A model generated the notes under the pieces. It worked only from the letters and a program-made list of their open reading frames with translations. It did no database searches and was not told the origin of the DNA. From assembly GCA_963823665.1 (NCBI GenBank), contig CAWGMQ010000006.1:672001-736000 (forward strand): 64,000 nt of DNA, given 5' to 3'. Below, one piece after another: positions 30,922 to 40,601 of this stretch; the stretch's first letter is position 1, and every line of letters begins with the position of its first letter. The DNA is from an uncultured Planctomycetota bacterium. GTDB lineage: Bacteria > Planctomycetota > Planctomycetia > Isosphaerales > Isosphaeraceae. A program made the translations under genes and the position numbers.

Positions 30922-31172
30922 GCCGGCGCGCTCGTGTCGGGGCGTTTGCGATCCGCTCGAACAAGTGCGACGTCCAAGAGTAGTCGGTCACGATGCGGCA
31001 GTCCCGGCGGGGGATCGCTGCCCGGGGCAATTACTCGATTAGATTTCGACGCAGGTGTCGCCGTTTGTCATCGGCATGCGCGCGTTCCCAACGTCTCGAA
31101 CCATCGCATCGAGTGCCTATCCGCATCTGTGGGCGCATGATGACCGGCGGCCCAGTCTCCAAGTGATTAAAC

Positions 31173-32417
31173 TCACTCGCTGCTGTCGATTTCCGACAGC
31201 GTGCTGATTGCTGCAGCTCGCACTACGGAATAGAACTCCTCCGCTGGCATTTCCCTGGGCGTGGGAAGTCCCTCGTCCGAGGTCTCGACAGTCTGGCGTT
31301 TTGATTGCTCCACTGGCTTTGGCGTGGGCATGAAGTCTCTTGCCGCGATGAGTGCCGGGATGGCGGCGCTCGCTGGCGGGCCGATCTCGCCGAGTGCATC
31401 GGCGGCATCGCGTCGAACGGACAAAAAGGGGTCCTGCAAGGATTCGACGAGCGCCGGAACCACGGCGTCGACGTTCTGATCGATGCGCCAGAGAGCCTGT
31501 GCCGCATGGAGCCGATCGTAGCAGGTCGAAGTCTTTAGTCGCTTGATGAGGGCTGGGGCGGCCGACCTGGCCTTCGGGCCAGTATTTCCAATCGCGGCGA
31601 GCACATCCGCCAGGAGCGGCTTATCATCCAGAGCTTCGATGAGAGCGCGCACTGCGGCCTCGGCGGCTGGACCGAATTCGCGAAGCGCCGACGCCGCGAC
31701 AACGGGAGTCTTCGCGTTACTCATGTCTTTGAGAGAGAGAATCAGAGCCGGAGCGATGCGGTCGTCGATGGGGCCAAGCTCGACCAGAGTCAATGTTACA
31801 ATGTATCGAAGTTGCTCGTTCGCGTGAGCTGTGATGAGTGCCGGGACCACAAGATTTGGGTCGGCGTCTAGCTTGCCCAAGGCTCGAACCGCTCTCTCGC
31901 GGATGGAGGGGGTGTCGTCCTCCAACAAGTGGATGAGCGGCACTGCGGCATCGTCGCCGCGCTTGACGCGGTTGACCGAATGAACCGCCAAGTACACCTC
32001 ATGCGTGAGGTAACGATCATGTGGGTTGCGGATGGCGTGAAGGAGGTTGTCTACGGGATCGGTTCGTCCCTGGAGGAAGGCGAGGGACAGAGTGATGGCG
32101 CCGAACGATGTCCAGTCCCACCAGCGGAATCTCGCGTTCTTACGCCGTGTGATCGCTGCTCGCCATGCCAAGGCCAAGCCGACCGAGATGAGGGCCCAGA
32201 ATGGAATGGAAATGCCCGCATCCTCGGGGCGCGCCTCATGCCAAAGCCAGAACGTGTGAAAGGAAAGCCAGCCAGCCGCCGATTTGAACCCAAGTGCCGC
32301 GTCACCAAAGGGGATCAGCGGCAGGCGGCGGACTGTGAACAGGCTGTCGACCCAGAGGAGGCCGCACACGGCCGACATCACGATGGGGAGGAGCAACATC
32401 GTCAGGCGCTTCCACAT
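31173..32417 (-). CDS. membrane-anchored HEAT-repeat protein
   Basis: N-terminal TM segments, then repeats such as VRRDAADALGEIGPPASAAIPALI. Confidence 0.85.
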   Translation of the reverse strand: MWKRLTMLLLPIVMSAVCGLLWVDSLFTVRRLPLIPFGDAALGFKSAAGWLSFHTFWLWHEARPEDAGISIPFWALISVGLALAWRAAITRRKNARFRWWDWTSFGAITLSLAFLQGRTDPVDNLLHAIRNPHDRYLTHEVYLAVHSVNRVKRGDDAAVPLIHLLEDDTPSIRERAVRALGKLDADPNLVVPALITAHANEQLRYIVTLTLVELGPIDDRIAPALILSLKDMSNAKTPVVAASALREFGPAAEAAVRALIEALDDKPLLADVLAAIGNTGPKARSAAPALIKRLKTSTCYDRLHAAQALWRIDQNVDAVVPALVESLQDPFLSVRRDAADALGEIGPPASAAIPALIAARDFMPTPKPVEQSKRQTVETSDEGLPTPREMPAEEFYSVVRAAAISTLSEIDSSE

Positions 32418-32472
32418 GGTGTGCCCTCTCGAGTCGTTCAGGTCGCACGCGGAGTCAGGCATGCTGAGTCCC

Positions 32473-32841
32473 TCATGAAGACGACGGTCGGTGCGGAAGG
32501 CTTCGCAGCCACTGGAGGACGACGCTTTGCGCCAACCCGATCAGGCCACCCGCTAGCGCGAACAGAGGAACGATCGCTACCAACCGAGATAAGGCAAGAC
32601 TCAGATGCGCGTGGTGACCTCCGCAGTCGACGGCGAACCAGATGAAGAGACCGAGTACCGCGACGCTTATCGCGCCGGCTGTTGAACCGGCGATCAGTCC
32701 TTTCCCTCCGGATCTCATGTCCCAAAGCGAAGCGATGCACGGTGCGAAGAAAAACGCGGTGATTGGTGCCCTGTGAAGAACCGCCAGCGCGACCGCGCAG
32801 ACGGCGATGGCAATCATCAACGTTCGAAGGGTACAACGCAC
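32473..32841 (-). CDS. small hypothetical membrane protein
   Basis: MRCTLRTLMIAIAVCAVALA start of the kind common in planctomycetes; 3-4 hydrophobic segments. Confidence 0.7.
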   Translation of the reverse strand: MRCTLRTLMIAIAVCAVALAVLHRAPITAFFFAPCIASLWDMRSGGKGLIAGSTAGAISVAVLGLFIWFAVDCGGHHAHLSLALSRLVAIVPLFALAGGLIGLAQSVVLQWLRSLPHRPSSS

Positions 32842-33037
32842 TTGTCTACTTCTTAGTCCGTTCCGTCGCGTCTGGTCGCTTGCCCACGTTGTCTTATGAT
32901 CCCGCGCCCGAGCGATTGCGACTACTCGTCTTTACGCAAGCCGGATCACTGTTGGCTGCGGGAAGGCCTTCGAGACCGGCGAACAGACGCAAGGCGATTT
33001 CCGCAGTTGCGAGGAGCGAGTCTCGCCGACGACTCCA

Positions 33038-33538
33038 TCACACTGTATTCAGGCGATGTCGCGGGCAGAACGGCAGAAGAGATTCGCCCTGCGCGCTGAA
33101 GAATCCCTCCTGGTAGACCTGGATCAGCCCGTCGTTGGTGCGGGCCAAGAATCCAGAAAGTTGTTCGCAAATCCTCGCCATTCTGTTGGGTCCAATTTCC
33201 AAGTTGGGGCAAGGCATTATAAGAATGATCTGCTCGGTCCGCCGTACATGCGACAAGACATCGTCGCGATGGGGTTGATCAAGCATTCCCATCAGGCAAT
33301 GCTCCGCGTTTGCAATCCTGCTGCGGAACTCTTCATGAAGTGGCTGTTCCCGTCGCAGAAGGATGGCGGGTTGTCCTGAGCCTGACAAGCGAAAGCGGCC
33401 GCTAAGCCACAGTTCGCTGTCGGGTTCAAATTCGTGAACGAGCCCTTCGACCCGAGGCCGAAGGGATTCTCGAATGGCAGACGGGGACGGGATGTCATCC
33501 GTAGCTGCATAGACCGAGTACCAAAACCTGAGTTTCAC
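33038..33538 (-). CDS. hypothetical protein
   Basis: GAGGTG RBS before GTG 33538 (MKLRFWYSVY...DGLIQVYQEGFFSAQGESLL). The upstream part of ORF 33038-33946 is the antisense shadow of the next remnant. Confidence 0.7.
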   Translation of the reverse strand: MKLRFWYSVYAATDDIPSPSAIRESLRPRVEGLVHEFEPDSELWLSGRFRLSGSGQPAILLRREQPLHEEFRSRIANAEHCLMGMLDQPHRDDVLSHVRRTEQIILIMPCPNLEIGPNRMARICEQLSGFLARTNDGLIQVYQEGFFSAQGESLLPFCPRHRLNTV

Positions 33539-33644
33539 GCAGTTCACCTCACGGTCGCTCAGCGACCACACTGGGCGGACTGGGCGGTCGGGTTCGCCGC
33601 GTTCCTGATCGGCTGCTCGACCGTCGGTATGGTCCCATGCCAGG

Positions 33645-34093
33645 GGCATCGGCGCCAACCAAAAACGCTCCACCTTTGCCGCCACGCTCGAATTTGGCAG
33701 TGAGGACACGCTCGACGCGAACAGCAACGTGGGCGGCCCCAGCAATGTGATCTTCGGCGCCTCGACCAACACGACGACCGTGGCGGGCGCGTATGACTTG
33801 TCGGGATCGACATCGACGGTCTCGGCTGGGACGGTGAACTTCACGGGCACCGTTGACGGAATTGGCTCGGTGATCAATTCACGATTTTGGGCACTGGCCA
33901 GAATGGCATTGCGGGTGCCAATCACGCCTTGCTGGACGGGGCGCATGACCGTGATGCGGGGAGTAACTTCCTGACCACGCTGAATTGGAAGAACCTCGTC
34001 TTGACACCCCCCGTGTCACGCGAGCTGCACGCGCAAAGTCATGGCAGGCCCGCGGGGGCGCTCTCGCCCCATTTCGTTTCGCGGAGAAACTGA
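33645..34093 (+). pseudogene. remnant of a large secreted beta-helix/adhesin-like protein
   Basis: G/S/T-rich ATLEFGSEDTLDANSNVGGPSNVIFG...TVSAGTVNFTGTV abuts, in another frame, FTILGTGQNGIAGANHALLDGA...GSNFLTTLNWKNLVLTP...stop. No start or signal peptide. Confidence 0.6.
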
Positions 34094-34134
34094 GTGCAAC
34101 CGGCTGGCCGGGCGCCGACGATGGCGGTTCCTGC

Positions 34135-35518
34135 TCAAGGTGGCGCGATAGGGCGGATGCTCAAGGCAACATCTTCTTCAAAACTCGGTGAGGTGATCTG
34201 AACGGGACCGGTGCGGGTGTCGAGATTTTGCGACTTGTCGACGGCGCCGGTGCGCGGGTTCAGCCACCGGGCGCGGAAAGCGCCGGCAGGAAGGTCGAGC
34301 GTCAAAGCGAGCTTGTTCGCCCCATGTCCGTAGATCGCATACGCCCGGCCAGGGTCGCTGAGGGCACGAATCGACACGTCTTTCGGCGCGACCCGCGAGA
34401 TGGACTTTCTGTCCGGAGCCATCCGCACGAAGTCGAATCCGTCGATGAATTGTTTGAGGATCTGTAATTGTTTCCGAAACGTCGCGCCGCCGCCACCGGG
34501 TGTGGGCTCGGCGATCCTGGCAGTCCCATCCTCATGATCGGCGGTGAACGAGTAGTCGAGGTGATCGAAGATCGCGCCTCCAGCCATGATGAAATCCCAG
34601 GCCTCGAAGCGGTAGGTGCGATCGTGAATTCCCTTGAAGCCGGTCTCGTCATCGCCGATGACCTTATTCAATCCGAAGTTCATGGCCACTGTCTCCGGCG
34701 GCGCGGCATAATGGAAGTTGAAGATCGAGACAGCCGGAAAAGGCCGTTCGATCCTGGCCTTTTCGTTGGCTATGTTCTGGGCGAGGAGGTGCTTGTGCGG
34801 CAGTTGCTTTTCCGTGTCGACGATCACCGAAGCGATTCGTGCCTGCCAATCCAGAGTGACGCCGCCGAAATACGGTTCGTTGCAGATCTCGAAGTAGAGG
34901 TTGTCGAAACCGTTCAATTCCGTGATTGCTTTCCGGACGAATGCCTCCTGTATCTGCTGGAGATCCTTGTGGTTGAGTGTGTATGCTTCGGTCTTCTTGA
35001 TCGCGTGCAGGCCGTTCACGTTGTTGCGAGCGTTCATGGGATTGATGTCCCAGAGGTTTTCTTCGTAGAAGGGGCAGAACAGCACGAACTCGACGACGAT
35101 GCCGCGATGGGCGGCGGCCGCGACGAAGTTCTTGAGCCGTCCAAAGTAGTGATTGTTCCAGCGAGCCAGATCGAATTTGTTTCCGCCATCGGCGGCGCCG
35201 GGAGTTTGGGAGCGAGGCCAGGGACTGATGTACTTATCCGGCTGGGGGGCAAGGGTGTTTTTCTCGATCTTGAACGAGCCGGGTACTTCGCGGTATGTGC
35301 CGGAAAACGTCCTGGTGAGATTGAGGCGACGTGCGCAGCTCGTCGAGATAGGGGATGGCGTCGAAGTCGGCGTTCAGAACGGCGCCGTAGTGCTCAGTGG
35401 AGGAGATGAGCACGGTCGGCTTTCCGCGGAAGAGGAGGTAATGAGGGTTGGCCGGATGAAGGGAGATCGGTTCGTCGGCCGCGGGCAGGCTCATGATCAG
35501 AAGAAGAGTCGCGATCAT
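34135..35518 (-). CDS. secreted glycoside-hydrolase-like (TIM barrel) protein, frameshift at ~35333
   Basis: Signal peptide, LHPANPHYLLFRGKP, KFDLARWNNHYFGRL, acid/base-like EICNEP, GDDETG; C-terminal beta domain (WLNPRTG). Confidence 0.8.
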
Positions 35519-35624
35519 GTTCGTTCTCCTCTAGCGTGTGTGTCGATCGTTGGATTGACCGAGGAGTATAAGGTAGATTCGAGTTTGTTCCCCAGTCGAA
35601 ATTGAAGTGTCACGTTGGAAGACC

Positions 35625-36506
35625 ATGCCCGAGCTGCCGGATATCACTGTGTACGTTGAAGCGCTTGAGCGGCGAATCGCAGGCGAGACGCTCGAGCGGG
35701 TGCGCATTCAGGCGCCGTTTCTCCTGCGCACATTCGATCCCCCGATTGACTCGACGTTCGGAAAGATGGTGAGGGAGATCCGGCGTGTGGGGAAGCGGAT
35801 CGCACTTGGGCTTGATGACGACCTGTGGATCGTGCTGCACCTGATGATTGCCGGGCGGCTGCAATGGAAGGCTCGGGGTGCCAAGCTCGGGGGAAAGCTG
35901 GCGCTGGCGGCCTTCGATTTTCCGAAGGGGAGCCTGGTGTTCACGGAGGCGGGGAGCAAGCGGCGGGCGTCGTTGCACGTTTTGCGCGGAGAGCGCGCTT
36001 TGCGGGCACAGGACCCGGGCGGCCTCGAGCCGCTCTCGGCGACATCCGAAGAGTTTGAAGCTGTGTTGCGGAAGCAGAACCACACGCTCAAACGATCGCT
36101 GACGGACCCGCGATTATTCAGCGGCATTGGCAATGCATATTCGGACGAGATCCTGCATCGCGCGCGGTTGTCTCCGCTGGCGCTTTCGCAGAAACTCTCT
36201 CGGGCCGATGCCGACCGGCTTTACGCGGCCACGCGGGAGGTGCTCCTGGAATGGGTCGAGCGTCTTCGCGCGGAGACCGGCGACGGCTTTCCTGAAAAGG
36301 TCACGGCGTTCCGACCGGGCATGGCTGTGCACGGCCGATTCGGAGAGCCCTGCCCAGTATGCGGCGCCCCCGTGCAGCGGATTCGCTACGCAGACAACGA
36401 AACCAACTACTGTCCGCGCTGCCAGACCGAGAGCCGGATCCTGGCGGACCGCTCGTTGTCGCGGCTTCTCAAAGATGATTGGCCGCGACACCTTGATGAA
36501 CTCTGA
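35625..36506 (+). CDS. Fpg/Nei family DNA glycosylase
   Basis: N-terminal MPELPD, RRVGKRI, HLMIAG, H2[14 protein letters not shown] and zinc finger CPVC...CPRCQ. Confidence 0.95.
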   Translation: MPELPDITVYVEALERRIAGETLERVRIQAPFLLRTFDPPIDSTFGKMVREIRRVGKRIALGLDDDLWIVLHLMIAGRLQWKARGAKLGGKLALAAFDFPKGSLVFTEAGSKRRASLHVLRGERALRAQDPGGLEPLSATSEEFEAVLRKQNHTLKRSLTDPRLFSGIGNAYSDEILHRARLSPLALSQKLSRADADRLYAATREVLLEWVERLRAETGDGFPEKVTAFRPGMAVHGRFGEPCPVCGAPVQRIRYADNETNYCPRCQTESRILADRSLSRLLKDDWPRHLDEL

Positions 36507-36536
36507 AGACGGTCAAATCGAAAGAGACGAACACAA

Positions 36537-38135
36537 ATGTTGCTGGAGTGTTCATTCATTACGGCGCTTGCGGCGTCGATGACGAGTCAGGTTTTTCCTT
36601 CCGGCCAGATTCCTTCGCGGCCCAATATCGTCATCATCCTGGCCGATGATCTCGGCTTCTCGGACCTTGGCTGCTACGGCGGCGAGATCAGGACACCAAA
36701 CCTTGATGCGCTCGCCGCGGGCGGCTTGCGGTTCACGCAGTTCTACAACACCGCGCGGTGCTGGCCCACGCGTGCGGCGTTGCTCACGGGTTATTACGCC
36801 CAGCAAGTTCGTCGCGACACGGTGCCGGGTGTGCAGAGCGGCGGTCAGGGCACTCGACCAGAGTGGGCAAGACTGTTGCCGGAGATGCTTCGCGGGGTCG
36901 GATATCGATCCTATCACTCGGGAAAATGGCACGTTGACGGCAAGCCTTTAGCCAATGGGTTTGATCGATCGTACTGGCTGGAAGACTGCGGACGCTATTT
37001 TCGACCGCGGGTTCACTACGAGGATGACCGGAAGCTGCCGCCGGCCGAGGCCGAATCAGGATACTATGCGACAACGGCGATCGCTGATCATGCGATCGGC
37101 TACCTTTCCGAGCACGCGAAAAGTCACGCTTGGCGGCCATTCTTCCTTTACCTCGCGTTCAACTCGCCCCACTTTCCTCTTCAGGCTCGGCGCGAAGACA
37201 TCGAGCGCTATCGGGATCGATATCGGGAGGGATGGGAAGTGGTTCGCGCGGCGCGGGCGAAGCGCGTCGGGGAGTTGGGCGTGCTGAACGCACGGCTTTC
37301 GGCCGTCGAGCGTGCAGTCGGGCCCCCGTACGACAATCCCGGCGCGATCAAGCTGCTCGGTCCGGGGGAAGTGAACCGTCCCCTGCCCTGGAGCGATCTG
37401 ACGGAGGAACAGCGCAGATTCCAGGGGGAGAAGATGGCGATTCACGCCGCGATGGTCGACCGTATGGATCGCGAGATCGGGCGGGTGGTTGCTCAGATTG
37501 AGCAGATGGGCATGATTGAAAACACAATTATCTTTTTCCTGTCTGACAATGGTGCCAGCGCAGAGATCATGGTACGGGACGACGGCCACGACGCCGCGGC
37601 GCTGCCGGGCTCGTCCAGCACACACCTTTGTCTGGGACCAGGCTGGTCGACGGTGGCGAATACGCCGTTCCGTCGCCACAAGACGTGGGTGCACGAGGGG
37701 GGTATTGCGACTCCGCTCATTGTTTACTGGCCCAACGGAATTGCCGCTCGCGGCGAGCTGAGGCGAGATGCCGGGCACGTCATTGACATCCTGCCGACGA
37801 TCCGAGAAATCAGCCGCACGGAGGGACACGAAGCTCAGGGTAGCCGACATGCCCCACCGCGGCCAGGGCTGAGCTTGGTGCCGGCGTTCGCCAGCGACGG
37901 AGCCCTCAAGCACGAGGAGCTCTGGTGGCAGCACGAAGGCAATCGCGCGATCCGCGTGGGTAACTGGAAGCTCGTTGCTGCAGGCAAGAATGGACCGTGG
38001 GAGTTGTATGATCTCGCGAACGACCGCACAGAGACGCATGATCTGGCCAAGGCACTCCCGGAGAAGGCGGCCGATCTGGCGCGGAGGTGGCAATCGCGGC
38101 GAACCGAATTTGCCGACCTTGCGCGACGAGATTGA
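36537..38135 (+). CDS. arylsulfatase (Cys-type, formylglycine-dependent)
   Basis: PNIVIILADDLG, CWPTRAALLTG, GKWH and SDNG. Confidence 0.95.
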   Translation: MLLECSFITALAASMTSQVFPSGQIPSRPNIVIILADDLGFSDLGCYGGEIRTPNLDALAAGGLRFTQFYNTARCWPTRAALLTGYYAQQVRRDTVPGVQSGGQGTRPEWARLLPEMLRGVGYRSYHSGKWHVDGKPLANGFDRSYWLEDCGRYFRPRVHYEDDRKLPPAEAESGYYATTAIADHAIGYLSEHAKSHAWRPFFLYLAFNSPHFPLQARREDIERYRDRYREGWEVVRAARAKRVGELGVLNARLSAVERAVGPPYDNPGAIKLLGPGEVNRPLPWSDLTEEQRRFQGEKMAIHAAMVDRMDREIGRVVAQIEQMGMIENTIIFFLSDNGASAEIMVRDDGHDAAALPGSSSTHLCLGPGWSTVANTPFRRHKTWVHEGGIATPLIVYWPNGIAARGELRRDAGHVIDILPTIREISRTEGHEAQGSRHAPPRPGLSLVPAFASDGALKHEELWWQHEGNRAIRVGNWKLVAAGKNGPWELYDLANDRTETHDLAKALPEKAADLARRWQSRRTEFADLARRD

Positions 38136-38219
38136 ACCGGCGCGGAACCATGTTCGATGGACATGACCAAGCCGGACGCATGAGATCGCGCCGCCGAGGG
38201 TTTACCTGGTGCTCTGTGG

Positions 38220-39236
38220 CTAACCCTGCGGCTTCCCGGCGCACAAGAAGGTGATTCTGGCGGTGCCGTCGTGATGGGCGGTCGCGACGCGGAGGCCGTC
38301 GGGGTGGAGGTCCATGTCACGCAGGATGTTGGGCAGACCGAAGCGGTGAACGTCTTTGTCGGTGCCTGATTTCCAGAAGAGGAGGATGCCGCCGTTCGAC
38401 CCGCCGGAGCCGCCCATCAGGGTGCCGTCGGATAAGTAGCGCAGCCGCCAGATCACTCCACCGGTGATGCCGTCGGTCAGGAGAGTCCTCGCGAGCTTAC
38501 GAGTTTTTGTGTCGAATACGAGGACAAGCGGCTCATGCACGGCGCCCAGGGGATTCGTCGCTTTGTGCAAGCCTCCGGCGGCCATGACGGCCTGATCGCG
38601 TCTGATCGCCATGCCGCGCACACCGCCAAAGTCGACCTGCTGCCCGCCATCGTAGGTATGAAGTGCCTTGGCGTCAAACGTTCCGAGAGTTTGGCCGGAA
38701 GACGGATCCCACTCCTTGATCACACCGAGAAGATCACCGCTCAGGAGAGACTTGCCACTTGAATGATATTCCAGGGAATAGATATGACCGGCGTGGCCGG
38801 CGAGCTCGCGAACCAACTTGCCGGTCGAAGTATCCCAGAGGCGCACGAACCGATCATTGCCGCCGGTCGCAAGGGACTTGCCGTCAGGGCTCACGGCAAT
38901 GGCGCGGACCCAGCCGTTGTGGGCCTCGATCGTCCGGAGTGGTTTAGGCGAGGCGGCGGTCGTTTCCCAGGCAACAACTCGACCATCGCCCCCGCCGCTA
39001 TAAAGGGTCTCGCCGGACGGCGAGAACGCGAGTGAGAAGACCCAGGACTCGTGCCCGCCCTTGAACGGGGATTTCTTGCCGTCGGCCAGGTTGAAGCACT
39101 CGATGGTCGAGCCTTCGAGCCCACAGAAAAGGAAACGGCCCGTCGGATCGAAACGGCAACACACAATGGGCCTGCCGGCGGGCCACTGCGCAACCAGGTG
39201 CGCTTGCTTGGGGTCGATTCTGGGCGTGTCTGTCAC
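38220..39236 (-). CDS. WD40 repeat protein
   Basis: GH..WVFSLAFSPSG and AHNGWVRAIAVSPDG...WD; GGAG before GTG 39236; third gene of the DUF1549-DUF1501 module. Confidence 0.9.
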   Translation of the reverse strand: MTDTPRIDPKQAHLVAQWPAGRPIVCCRFDPTGRFLFCGLEGSTIECFNLADGKKSPFKGGHESWVFSLAFSPSGETLYSGGGDGRVVAWETTAASPKPLRTIEAHNGWVRAIAVSPDGKSLATGGNDRFVRLWDTSTGKLVRELAGHAGHIYSLEYHSSGKSLLSGDLLGVIKEWDPSSGQTLGTFDAKALHTYDGGQQVDFGGVRGMAIRRDQAVMAAGGLHKATNPLGAVHEPLVLVFDTKTRKLARTLLTDGITGGVIWRLRYLSDGTLMGGSGGSNGGILLFWKSGTDKDVHRFGLPNILRDMDLHPDGLRVATAHHDGTARITFLCAGKPQG

Positions 39237-39277
39237 GCTTGATATCTCCGATTGTGGGCGAAGCCCGGGCGTCAACA

Positions 39278-40570
39278 TCAAGCCAGGATCGGGCGGATCA
39301 TCTTCGAAGACGGGTCGGCGATCGGGACATCGCGTCCTTCAATCTCGAACGTATCGGTGGAATCCACACTGACGGCTTGAAGATAGGTGTGGAACAGGTT
39401 CGCGTGATCAACCTGCCCGTCGACAACCTCAGTACCTTTGGCATTCGTCTTGCCGTAGGCCATCCCGCGGTGAATTTTGCCTCCGGCAACGACCACCGAC
39501 CAGGCGTGGGACCAGTGATCGCGGCCGTAGAAATGGTTGATGTTCGGAGTGCGCCCGAATTCGGATATGACGACGATCAAGGTGGAGTCAAGCATGCCGC
39601 GGTCAGCCAGATCGGCCACCAGTGCCGCAAATGATTGGTCGAATTCGCCGAGTTGCTCGATGTGGAAGTTGAAGTTTTCGTTATGCGTATCATAATTCGA
39701 GTGCGAGACCTGCACGAACGTGGCTCCTTTCTCAAGCAGGCGGTGCGCGAGCAGGCAGTGGCGGCCGAGGTCATACTTGCCGTAGCGGTCGTGATCCCTG
39801 GCGGGTTCCTTGGAGACGTCGAACACATCCTTCCGCGCCATCAGTTGAAGGGCCTGCTCGTAGGAATAGGTGTAGGCTTCGGTCACGGCCGTCCGCCGGC
39901 GGTTCAGAAACCGTTCGTTGACGCGGCGGCGAAATTCGTTTCGCAACTCATCCATCGGCTCGGTCAGGTTCCCTGGACGTGTGGTGTATTGAGGGGGATT
40001 CCCGTTGCCCAGCACGATGCTCGAGTATTTGGGACCCAGGTACGCTGCATCGTTGCCGCGCCCGCCGCCACCGCCCGGCGTGATGACGATATGGCCCGGG
40101 AGAGCACTCTCTTCCGGGGCCATCGCCTTCGCGCAGACGGCACCGAACAACGGGTATTCGGCGGCTGGAGTCTGCCTGCGTCCCGTGGCCATCAAGTAGG
40201 CACCCTTGCCGTGGTCGTCCTCGGCGGTGTTGACGCCGCGAACCAAACAGAGGTGGTGCATCTGCTTGGCGACTCTGGGCAATAGCTCGGAAATCTGAAT
40301 GCACGGGACAGATGTGCTGATTGCGCGGAACGGGCCGCCCGTGTCGGTGCCGGGCTTGGGATCCCAGCTTTCAAGCTGGCTCAAGCCGCCGTGCATGTTG
40401 AACAAGACGACACGTTTCTGATCGTTCACGAGCTCTTTGGCCGCCGCGGGGCTGGCGAAAAAATCAAGACCTCCGACCACACTTCCCGCCGTGGTGGCGG
40501 CCATGCCCGCCAGAAACCGCCGCCGGGCCAGATTATGCACCGGAGAATTGCAGGTATATGTGCACTTCAT
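39278..40570 (-). CDS. DUF1501 domain protein
   Basis: ARRRFLAG, GGLSQLESWDPKP, SEFGRTP and GRDHW. Confidence 0.93.
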   Translation of the reverse strand: MKCTYTCNSPVHNLARRRFLAGMAATTAGSVVGGLDFFASPAAAKELVNDQKRVVLFNMHGGLSQLESWDPKPGTDTGGPFRAISTSVPCIQISELLPRVAKQMHHLCLVRGVNTAEDDHGKGAYLMATGRRQTPAAEYPLFGAVCAKAMAPEESALPGHIVITPGGGGGRGNDAAYLGPKYSSIVLGNGNPPQYTTRPGNLTEPMDELRNEFRRRVNERFLNRRRTAVTEAYTYSYEQALQLMARKDVFDVSKEPARDHDRYGKYDLGRHCLLAHRLLEKGATFVQVSHSNYDTHNENFNFHIEQLGEFDQSFAALVADLADRGMLDSTLIVVISEFGRTPNINHFYGRDHWSHAWSVVVAGGKIHRGMAYGKTNAKGTEVVDGQVDHANLFHTYLQAVSVDSTDTFEIEGRDVPIADPSSKMIRPILA

Positions 40571-40601
40571 GAGAGCGTCTCCATCATGAGAGTCTTGATG
40601 A

